Assembly (NCBI GenBank): GCA_039798785.1
Contig: JBDKFG010000082.1
Span: forward strand, 1 to 19,818
Direction of reading: 5' to 3'
DNA length: 19,818 nucleotides
From: Verrucomicrobiota bacterium
GTDB taxonomy: Bacteria > Verrucomicrobiota > Lentisphaeria > Lentisphaerales > Lentisphaeraceae
Shown here: piece after piece, positions 8,521-16,253 of the stretch
How the letters are laid out: each line of letters starts with the position of its first letter
Position numbering within the stretch: position 1 is the stretch's first letter
Notes under the pieces: model-generated
The model's input: only the letters and a program-made list of their open reading frames with translations
What the model was told of the DNA's origin: nothing
Databases searched by the model: none
Position numbers and translations under genes: made by a program

Positions 8521-8576
8521 ATTCAAGATTCAAGATTCCAGATTCAAGAACGGGAATTCAAGATTCAACATTGAAT
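8521..8576 (+). repeat. Intergenic heptamer tandem repeat (ATTCAAG)n
   Basis: Eight units in 7-nt phase: ATTCAAG ATTCAAG ATTCCAG ATTCAAG AACGGGA ATTCAAG ATTCAAC ATTGAAT. Confidence 0.85.
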
Positions 8577-8587
8577 AACCAAGCAGG

Positions 8588-11113
8588 ATGCTGACCATGA
8601 AAACCCTGTTCTCGCTATTCCTCGGCCTCGCCCTCGGCTTGACCGCGGCGGAGAAGCCCGCGGTCGACGAAGTCCCGCAGGCCCTCGAGCTGGCGCAAAA
8701 GACGCTCGACTATGTGCAGCAGTCGCGTCCGGTGCCGGAGCTCGCCGCCGAGCTGGCGGCCTTGCGCAAGGAGCAAAAACCCGATGCCGCCGCCATCCGC
8801 GCCCTGCGCCGCAAGATTCTCTTCTGTCATCCCCTTCTCGACTTCGAACAGCTGCTCATCAACAAGCGGCCGCTGCATCCGAAGGGACAGAAGCACATGG
8901 TCGACCACTATCTCGGCCACAACAGCGTCCCCGGCGAGGGCCTGGCCCTCCTGCGCGACTGGAAGACCGTCCCCCGCGAAACCCTGCTCCTCAAGGACAA
9001 GCTGCCCATCGGCGACGCCCGTCACCCGGCCCTCTCCTACGACGGCAGGAAGATCCTCTTCAGCTACTGCAAAGAGGACAAGTCCGATCCCTTCAAGCAG
9101 CGCTTCTTCATCTACGAGATCAGCGTCGACGGCACCGGTCTGCGCCAGATCACCGGCACCGAGACCGATCCCCTCGAAGGCAAGCATGGCCGCAAGACCC
9201 AGATCATCGAGGACTTCGACCCCTGCTACCTGCCCGACGGCGGCATCGTCTTCACCTCCACCCGCCTGCAGGGCCATGTCCGCTGCGCCTACGGCGAACG
9301 CTACTGCCCCACCTTCTGCCTCTACCGGATGGAGGCCGACGGCTCCGGCATCCGCCAATTGTCCTTCGGCGACATCGCCGAATACGATCCCGAAGTGCTG
9401 CCCGACGGTCGCCTCATCTACACCCGCTGGGAATACATCGACCGCCACGACACCTGGTTCCAGGGACTCTGGACCATGCGCCCCGACGGCACCGGGGTGG
9501 CCCACTACTACGGCAACACCACCCGCTCGCCTTGCGTCGTCGCCGAGGCCAAGCCGATTCCCGGCACCCGGCAGGTGATGGCCCTCGCCACCGCCCACCA
9601 CTTCTACTACACCGGCTCGGTGATCGGCATCGACCCCGCCAAGGGCGAGGACGACGAAGCGCCGCTCACCCGCCTCACCCCGGAAGTGCCCTTCCCCGAA
9701 ACCCCCGGCCACGGCCCCGAAGTCGGCCGCTACGCCATGCCCTTCCCTCTCGACGACACCCTCTACTTCGTCTCCTTCCAGGAAGAGGCTAGCGGCCAGA
9801 TGGCGGTCTACCTGATGGACCGCTTCGGCGGCAAGGAGTTCATCCACCGCGCCCCCGGCACTTCCTGCTACGCCCCCATCCCCATCAAGGCGCGCCCGGT
9901 GCCGCCGGCCTTCCCCTCGCTCACCCGCCCCGTCGAGGACGGTGCCCCGGCCAGCGGCACCTACTTCATCCAGAATGTCTACCAAGGACGCCAGCCCATC
10001 CCCGCCGGCCAAGCCAAATTCCTGCGGGTCAACCAGATCTTCGACCAGCCGCACGATTTCGCTCCCAAGGTCGGCATCGTCCACGGCACCACCCCCTACA
10101 AGATCCTCGGCGAGGTGCCGGTGGGCGAGGACGGCTCGGTCAGCTTCAAGGCGCCCGCCGGCGAACCGCTGTTCTTCCAGGTGCTCGATGCCGAGCGCAA
10201 GAGCATCATGGGCATGCGCAGCTTCGTCTTCGTCCACCCCGGCGAGACCCACGGCTGCATCGGCTGCCACGAGAACAAGCGCGACGCCGCCAGCGTCCGC
10301 CCCCTCAAGTTCAGCGCCCCGCAGGAATTGCGGCCGCCGCAATACTGCGACTATCCCGGCGGCTTCAGCTTCGCCCGCTCGGTCCAGCCGGTCCTCGATC
10401 GACACTGCATCTCTTGCCACGGCCTCAAGGAGAACAAGATCAATCTCCTCGGCACCAAGAAGGAAATCCACCATAACCTTTATGGAGCCCCCACTCACCT
10501 TGATGCCAGCATCGCCTACTTGAACCTGGTGCCCTTCGCCAAGATCGCCCAGCGCAACCAGCAGAGTTTCTTCAGCACCCCAAAGGACTACGGTGCCCAT
10601 CCCAGTCGCCTGACGCAGATCCTCAAGGATCACCACGGCGTCAAGCTCAGCGAAGTCGAAAGCCAAACCATCTCCGCCTGGCTCGACCTCAACGCCCCGA
10701 AACACGGCTCCTGGTCCTGGAAGCAGCCGGAATTCAGCACGATCGACACCAAGGCGGAGGCCGAACTGCGCCGCCACATCCAGCTCTGCTGCGGCGAGGA
10801 AGTGGCGAAACAGCCGATCGACGCCCTGATCAACCGCGCCGAGCCCGAGAAGAGCCGCATCCTCCTGGCCCCGCTGAGCCACGCCGCCGGCGGCTGGGAG
10901 CAGCTCCGCCCTCTCTGGCCCAGCCGCGAAACGCCGGAATTCGTCACCATGCGCCGCCTCGTCCTCGCCGCCATCGTCCCGCCCGAGGTCAAGGAGATCG
11001 CCGGCACCTGCGGCGCCTCCGGCCCGAACATCAAGACCCGCAATGACTGCCGCTGCGGCAACTGCTGGATCCGCCTCAACTACCAACGCCCTGAATCGGA
11101 GAAAAAACCATGA
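8588..11113 (+). CDS. Secreted hydrazine synthase alpha-like protein 1 (TolB/WD40-like propeller, HZS-alpha middle domain, two c-type haems)
   Basis: Signal peptide (likely start ATG 8597 after AGGA). PALSYDGRKILFS, DFDPCYLPDGGIVFTSTR and DGRLIYTRWEYIDR. KILGEVPVGEDGSVSFKAPAGEPLFFQVLD...MRSFVFVHPGETHGCIGCHE is the HZS-alpha middle domain pattern. CxxCH at 10256-10270 and 10406-10420. Confidence 0.85.
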   Translation: MLTMKTLFSLFLGLALGLTAAEKPAVDEVPQALELAQKTLDYVQQSRPVPELAAELAALRKEQKPDAAAIRALRRKILFCHPLLDFEQLLINKRPLHPKGQKHMVDHYLGHNSVPGEGLALLRDWKTVPRETLLLKDKLPIGDARHPALSYDGRKILFSYCKEDKSDPFKQRFFIYEISVDGTGLRQITGTETDPLEGKHGRKTQIIEDFDPCYLPDGGIVFTSTRLQGHVRCAYGERYCPTFCLYRMEADGSGIRQLSFGDIAEYDPEVLPDGRLIYTRWEYIDRHDTWFQGLWTMRPDGTGVAHYYGNTTRSPCVVAEAKPIPGTRQVMALATAHHFYYTGSVIGIDPAKGEDDEAPLTRLTPEVPFPETPGHGPEVGRYAMPFPLDDTLYFVSFQEEASGQMAVYLMDRFGGKEFIHRAPGTSCYAPIPIKARPVPPAFPSLTRPVEDGAPASGTYFIQNVYQGRQPIPAGQAKFLRVNQIFDQPHDFAPKVGIVHGTTPYKILGEVPVGEDGSVSFKAPAGEPLFFQVLDAERKSIMGMRSFVFVHPGETHGCIGCHENKRDAASVRPLKFSAPQELRPPQYCDYPGGFSFARSVQPVLDRHCISCHGLKENKINLLGTKKEIHHNLYGAPTHLDASIAYLNLVPFAKIAQRNQQSFFSTPKDYGAHPSRLTQILKDHHGVKLSEVESQTISAWLDLNAPKHGSWSWKQPEFSTIDTKAEAELRRHIQLCCGEEVAKQPIDALINRAEPEKSRILLAPLSHAAGGWEQLRPLWPSRETPEFVTMRRLVLAAIVPPEVKEIAGTCGASGPNIKTRNDCRCGNCWIRLNYQRPESEKKP

Positions 11114-11982
11114 GACTACTGCTCCTTCTGCTCAGCTGCCTGCTCGGTGCCTGCGCCAGCTCCGGCAGCCCCATCCAGCACCGCTTCGTCGCCTGCGATT
11201 TCTGGAAGAAAAAGCTCTGGCATGTTGACGAGGCCCGGCCCGAAAATAACTGGTCAGCCCAAGTGCCTCGCATCCCGATGGAAGTGCAGCTGCTCCCTGG
11301 CGATCAACTCCTTATCTCCTTCAATGACGACGGCTACGGCGTCTTCGACCTGAAGAGCCGCAAGCTGGTCAAGCACCATCGACTTCCTGGCACCAGCGGC
11401 GCCTGGGGCCTTCCCGGTGGCCACACCCTCGTCGGCCTCAACCGCGGCAAGAGCATCGTCCTCGCCGAAGTCGATGCAGCAGGAAAGACCGTCAAGGAAA
11501 CGGCCATTCCCGGCCTGCACTACCTGCGGATGATCCGCCCCACGGCGCAAGGCACCTGGCTGCTCGCCTGGAACAACGGCGTTGCCGAGGTCGACCTCAA
11601 GCTCGCGCCGGAGAAATGCGTGATCCGCAATTTCCCCCTGCCCCGCCCCCGCAACGCCTACATGGGCATCCGTCTCGCCGACGGCCGCACCCTGGTGGGC
11701 GGCGGTTACGCTGCCGGACTCTTCGAGTATGGGGCCGACGGCAAATTCACCCGCGAGCTGGTCGCGCCCCAGCCGCCCGGCCTCTCCAACTACTTCTACG
11801 GCGGCGTCCAGGAGCTCGCCAGCGGCCGCATCGCCGTCGCCAACTGGACCGGTCACGACGCCCGCGACTTCAAGCCCGGCTGGAAGCTGATCGAATTCGA
11901 CGCCGCCGGCCGCGTCGTCTGGCACTGGCTCCCCGCCGACCCCGAAGTCGGCACCATCAACAACTTCGTCATCCTCGAGTGA
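11110..11982 (+). CDS. Beta-propeller lipoprotein (PQQ/arylsulfotransferase-like repeats)
   Basis: Lipobox LGAC. Blade-like repeats such as RLADGRTLV, QELASGRIAVANW, EVDAAGKTV and EFDAAGRVVW. ATGA overlap with the upstream stop codon. Confidence 0.75.
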   Translation: MRLLLLLLSCLLGACASSGSPIQHRFVACDFWKKKLWHVDEARPENNWSAQVPRIPMEVQLLPGDQLLISFNDDGYGVFDLKSRKLVKHHRLPGTSGAWGLPGGHTLVGLNRGKSIVLAEVDAAGKTVKETAIPGLHYLRMIRPTAQGTWLLAWNNGVAEVDLKLAPEKCVIRNFPLPRPRNAYMGIRLADGRTLVGGGYAAGLFEYGADGKFTRELVAPQPPGLSNYFYGGVQELASGRIAVANWTGHDARDFKPGWKLIEFDAAGRVVWHWLPADPEVGTINNFVILE

Positions 11983-11998
11983 AAAAGGGATCCCGCCC

Positions 11999-14371
11999 AT
12001 GAAGTTCTTCCCCGCCCTCTTCGCCGCCGCCCTGCTCGCCCTCGGCAGCGCCGCCGCCGAACCCTCTCCCCCGGCCCCGGCCGCCGCACTCAGCACCCTT
12101 GAATGCCAAGCCGAGCGCGACCTGCCCCACCTGCGCCAGGTGGTCGCCGAATTCGCCGCCAAATACCCCTCCTACCGGCCGGAAACCGCCCTCGCCGCCA
12201 TCGCTGAAGTCGAGACCCTGCACCGGACCCGCCCCGGGGATCCCGCCCTGCCCCAGAAACTCCGCCAGCTCCGTCGCCAGATCCTCCTCAATCACCCCGG
12301 CCTGCCCTCCCGCGACCTCCTCTTCGTCAAACACCAGCCCTGCGACCACCGCGACCTCACCGGCAACCCGGTCACCGGCAACTACTACCTCGGCGACCAC
12401 TTCTGCGACCAGTACTTCGGCTTCAACGCCAACACCAGCAGCTCCGGCCTGATCGTCCTCAGTGATGCCTTCTCGGAACATCCCAGACAGCGCGATCTCC
12501 TCGCCGACGCGGTCTGCGTCAAGGGCCGCTACCAAGGGAAGAAACTCCTCGGCGGCGCCGTCATCTCCCCCAGCCTCTCCTACGACGGCAAGACCATCCT
12601 CTTCGCCTGGACCGAAGGCGTCAAGAAACCCGGCAAGGCCGCGTTCAGCCGCTACCAGTGGACCCAGGAAACAACCTATCACCTCTTCAAGATCCAAGTC
12701 GACGGCTCTGGCCTCACCCAGCTCACCGACGGCGCCTTCAACGACTTCGACCCCTGTTTCCTCCCCAACGGCCGCATCGCCTTCATCTCCGAACGCCGCC
12801 GCGGCTTCTTCCAGCACGGCCTCAAGCAACCCGTCGAATTCGGCCGCTGCCACGGCCGCCCCGTGCCCACCTTCACCCTCCACGCCATGGAGGCCGATGG
12901 CTCCGGCATGCGCTGCCTGTCCTGGCACGACACCAACGAGTTCTCCCCCGTCGTCAGCCATGACGGCCGCATCGTCTACACCCGCTGGGACTATGTCGAC
13001 CGCGGCGCTGAGCAGGCCCACCACCTCTGGACCACCAGTCCCGACGGCTGCAATCCCCGCTCCTTCCACGGCAATTACATGCCCCGCCGCGGCGACGGCC
13101 CGATCATGGAGATCCACGCCCGCCCCGTCCCCGGCTCGCGCAAGTTCGTCGCCACCGCCATGGCCCACCACGGCCAGTCCTACGGCTCCCTCGTCCTCAT
13201 CGACCCCGCCGTCGCCGACGACGGCAAAATGTCGCAGGTCAAGATCCTCACACCCGACGCGCAGTTCCCCGAGGCCCGCAGCCACCGCCTCCACAACTGG
13301 AAATACGGAACTCCCTGGCCCATCGACGAAGACTGGTTCCTCTGCGTCTACGACCCTGTCGGCCAGGCCGAGACCGCCCGCCCCCTGCACTACTCCCTGA
13401 TCCTCCTGCACGCCCCCACCGGCCTCAAGGAGGTCCTCTTCGACGAAGCCGGCACCAGCCCGCTCGCCCCCATCCCCCTTGCCGCCCGCACCCCGCCGCC
13501 GGTGCTCCCCGAAAACTCCGCCGTCTTCAGCTCGCCCGTCGCGCATCCCGCGCCCGCCACGGTCAGCATCCTCAATGTCCACGACAGCCGCACGCCCCTG
13601 CCCCAAGGGGTCAAGATCAAGGAGCTGCGCGTCATCCAGCTCCTCCCCAAGACCACCCCGGTCGCCGATGTGCCGAAGATCGGCTACGCTCCGGAGTCCC
13701 TCGCCCGCCAGGTGCTCGGCACCGTCCCGGTCGAGGCCGACGGCTCGGTCCACTTCACCCTGCCTTCCTGCCTGCCGGTCTACTTCCAGCTTCTCGACGA
13801 ACAGGGCTGCGCGGTGCAGAGCATGAAGAGCTCCACCTACGCCCAGCCGGGCGAACGGGTCTCCTGCGTCGGCTGCCACGCCTCGACCAGCCAGGCGCCC
13901 ACGCCCACCAAGGTCGGCGACGCCTTCCGCCGCCCGCCCTCCGTCCTCCGCCCCGAGGTCGAAGGCGCCGCCCCCTTCAGCTTCCCCCGCCTGGTCCAGC
14001 CGGTGCTCGACCGTCACTGCACCGAATGCCACCTCAAGCACCCCGGCAAAGCCCCCGACCTCCGCCCTGGCGAGCCACTGAAGCATCCCCAGCACTGGTC
14101 GAACTCCTATGTCAAGCTCCAGCCCTACGCATGGTCCTACCGCTACACCTCTCACGGATGGACCGATCCGGTCTCTATCCCCGGCCAGATCGGCGCCCGC
14201 GCCTCCAAGCTCTGGCAGCTGCTCGAAAAGGGCCACCACGGCGTCCAGCTCCCCGCCGAAGACCGCCGCCGCCTCAGCCTCTGGCTCGACCTCAACTCCA
14301 ACTTCTTCGGCACCTACGAAAACACCCGCGAACAAGCCGAAGGCAAAGTGGTCAAGCCCATGCTCGAATAA
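11999..14371 (+). CDS. Secreted hydrazine synthase alpha-like protein 2 (paralogue, two c-type haems)
   Basis: Signal peptide. SPSLSYDGKTILFAW, DFDPCFLPNGRIAFISERR, DGRIVYTRWDYVDR and VLGTVPVEADGSVHF...YFQLLDEQG...QPGERVSCVGCH. CxxCH at 13865-13879 and 14018-14032. Confidence 0.85.
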   Translation: MKFFPALFAAALLALGSAAAEPSPPAPAAALSTLECQAERDLPHLRQVVAEFAAKYPSYRPETALAAIAEVETLHRTRPGDPALPQKLRQLRRQILLNHPGLPSRDLLFVKHQPCDHRDLTGNPVTGNYYLGDHFCDQYFGFNANTSSSGLIVLSDAFSEHPRQRDLLADAVCVKGRYQGKKLLGGAVISPSLSYDGKTILFAWTEGVKKPGKAAFSRYQWTQETTYHLFKIQVDGSGLTQLTDGAFNDFDPCFLPNGRIAFISERRRGFFQHGLKQPVEFGRCHGRPVPTFTLHAMEADGSGMRCLSWHDTNEFSPVVSHDGRIVYTRWDYVDRGAEQAHHLWTTSPDGCNPRSFHGNYMPRRGDGPIMEIHARPVPGSRKFVATAMAHHGQSYGSLVLIDPAVADDGKMSQVKILTPDAQFPEARSHRLHNWKYGTPWPIDEDWFLCVYDPVGQAETARPLHYSLILLHAPTGLKEVLFDEAGTSPLAPIPLAARTPPPVLPENSAVFSSPVAHPAPATVSILNVHDSRTPLPQGVKIKELRVIQLLPKTTPVADVPKIGYAPESLARQVLGTVPVEADGSVHFTLPSCLPVYFQLLDEQGCAVQSMKSSTYAQPGERVSCVGCHASTSQAPTPTKVGDAFRRPPSVLRPEVEGAAPFSFPRLVQPVLDRHCTECHLKHPGKAPDLRPGEPLKHPQHWSNSYVKLQPYAWSYRYTSHGWTDPVSIPGQIGARASKLWQLLEKGHHGVQLPAEDRRRLSLWLDLNSNFFGTYENTREQAEGKVVKPMLE

Positions 14372-14407
14372 GCACTGTGCTCACCTCAAGATCCCCAGGA
14401 GCCCGCC

Positions 14408-16240
14408 ATGAATCTTCTCCTCGCCGCCCTGCTTGCCCTCGGCCCGGCCGGGCCCGCCGCCGAGCCGCCGTCCGACTTCGCACTGGCTGCACAGTCCCTG
14501 GCGCTCGCCGCTTCGGGAGACGCTCCGTCCGCCCCTCTCGGCCCCGCCACCTTGGTCGCCAGCGCCGACGGCAGGCTGGTCTTCGTCGCCCAGCTCGAGG
14601 GCAAGCGTATCGACGCCGTCGATCTGGCCAGCCGCAAGATCCTGCGCAGCCTCATCTGCCCGGCGCCTCCCTCCGGCCTGTGCCTGAGCCCGGACGGCCA
14701 GAGCCTCGCCATCACCTGTGCCGCAGCGGAAAGCCGGCTCCTTGTCGTTGATGCCGCCAACCTGAAGATCAGGGCCGCGTTCCCTGCCGGCCATTTCGCC
14801 TGCGCACCTTGCTGGAGCCCCGATGGCAGGACCCTGTATTTCTGCGGCCGTTTCACCCATGACGTCGCCGTCTTCGACCTCGTCGCAGGCAGGGAGCTGC
14901 GCCGCATCGCCGTCGCCCGCGAGCCGATCTCCTGCGCGCTCACTCCCGACGGCCGCCACCTGCTCGTCAGCAACCATCAGCAGGAACGCCGCTCGGATGC
15001 CGACGAAGTGGCCAGCTCGGTGAGTGTCGTCGATCTCGCCGCCGACAAGGAGATCAAGCGCCTGCGCCTGCCCTCGGGCAGCACCCTCCTTCGCGACATC
15101 CGCATCTCGCCCGACGGCCGATACGCCGCCGTCGGCCACACCCTCGGCAAGTTCCAGCTGCCCCTCACCCAGATCGAGCACGGCTGGATCAACACCAACG
15201 CCCTCAGCCTCGTCGATCTCGGCAAGCTCGAACTCGTCGCCACCGTCCTGCTCGACGACATCGACCGCGGCGCCGCCAATCCCTGGGGCCTGGCCTTCAG
15301 CGGCGACGGACGCACGCTCTGCGTCGGCCACGCCGGCACCCACGAAATCAGCCTCGTCAACTTCCCCGCCCTGCTCGCCAAGCTCGCCGCAAAGAGCGGC
15401 CAGACTCAGAACGACCTGTCCCTGCTCAGCGGCATCAGGCAGAGGGTCAAGCTCGCCGGCCAGGGCCCGCGGGGCCTCGCCGTCGCCGGCAATCTGGCGG
15501 TCGCCGCGGAGCACTTCTCCGATTCGCTGGCCCTGGTCGACCTGAAATCGGCAAGGCCCGAGGAGCTGCCTCTGGGGCCGCCGCCTCAGCCCAGCCCCGA
15601 GCGCCGCGGCGAAGCACTCTTCAACGACGCCACCCTCTGCTTCCAAGGCTGGCAGAGCTGCGCCAGCTGCCACGCGGAGGACGCCCGCGGCGACAGCCTC
15701 AACTGGGACCTGCTCAACGACGGCATGGGCAACCCCAAGAACTCCAAGAGCCTCGTCCTCGCCCACCTCACCCCGCCCATGATGAGCCTCGGCGTCCGCA
15801 AGGATGCCCCCACCGCCACCCGCGCCGGACTCAAGTTCATCCTCTTCAGCGTCCAGCCGGAAGAGACCGCCGCCGCCCTCGATGCCTACATCGCCTCGCT
15901 CAAGCCGATCCCCAGCCCGAAGCTCGTCCAGGGCCGCCTCTCCCAGGCAGCCGAACGCGGCAAGCTCCTCTTCGAACGCTTCGACTGCCAAAGCTGCCAC
16001 CCGCCACCCCTCTTCACTGACCTGCGCAAATACGACCTCGGCGACGCCAAGGGCACGGACGCCGGCAAGAAGATCGACGTCCCCAGCCTGGTCGAATGCT
16101 GGCGCACCGCCCCCTACCTCCACGACGGCAGCCTCGTCACCTTGCGCGAACTGTTCGAAAAGAACCGCCACAACCTCGAGGGCGAGACGCCCAGCGCGCA
16201 AGAGCTCGCCGATCTCCTCGAATACCTGCAATCTCTGTGA
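14408..16240 (+). CDS. YVTN/YncE-type beta-propeller fused to a dihaem cytochrome c peroxidase/MauG-like domain
   Basis: CAGGAG SD and signal peptide. SPDG/TPDG blade repeats. RRGEALFND...SCASCH (15659-15673), ERGKLLF...CQSCH (15986-16000) and PSLVECWRTAPYLHDGS are typical of the CCP/MauG family. Confidence 0.85.
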   Translation: MNLLLAALLALGPAGPAAEPPSDFALAAQSLALAASGDAPSAPLGPATLVASADGRLVFVAQLEGKRIDAVDLASRKILRSLICPAPPSGLCLSPDGQSLAITCAAAESRLLVVDAANLKIRAAFPAGHFACAPCWSPDGRTLYFCGRFTHDVAVFDLVAGRELRRIAVAREPISCALTPDGRHLLVSNHQQERRSDADEVASSVSVVDLAADKEIKRLRLPSGSTLLRDIRISPDGRYAAVGHTLGKFQLPLTQIEHGWINTNALSLVDLGKLELVATVLLDDIDRGAANPWGLAFSGDGRTLCVGHAGTHEISLVNFPALLAKLAAKSGQTQNDLSLLSGIRQRVKLAGQGPRGLAVAGNLAVAAEHFSDSLALVDLKSARPEELPLGPPPQPSPERRGEALFNDATLCFQGWQSCASCHAEDARGDSLNWDLLNDGMGNPKNSKSLVLAHLTPPMMSLGVRKDAPTATRAGLKFILFSVQPEETAAALDAYIASLKPIPSPKLVQGRLSQAAERGKLLFERFDCQSCHPPPLFTDLRKYDLGDAKGTDAGKKIDVPSLVECWRTAPYLHDGSLVTLRELFEKNRHNLEGETPSAQELADLLEYLQSL

Positions 16241-16253
16241 ACGGGAGAACGCC

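Noticed and set aside
8521..8576. CRISPR array
   Set aside because: The units are 7 nt with no unique spacers, and no cas genes are present.
8588..16240. Calling these genes bona fide anammox hzsA/hzsB/hzsC
   Set aside because: There is no Tyr after the first CxxCH, alpha is duplicated, the neighbours look like organic-substrate genes, and no hao/hdh is in view. Only architectural similarity is supported, so no gene symbols were given.
15804..16253. 499-aa extended start of the Rid-fold protein
   Set aside because: It overlaps the cytochrome domain of the upstream gene in another frame. An SD plus ATG at 16254 is the plausible start.
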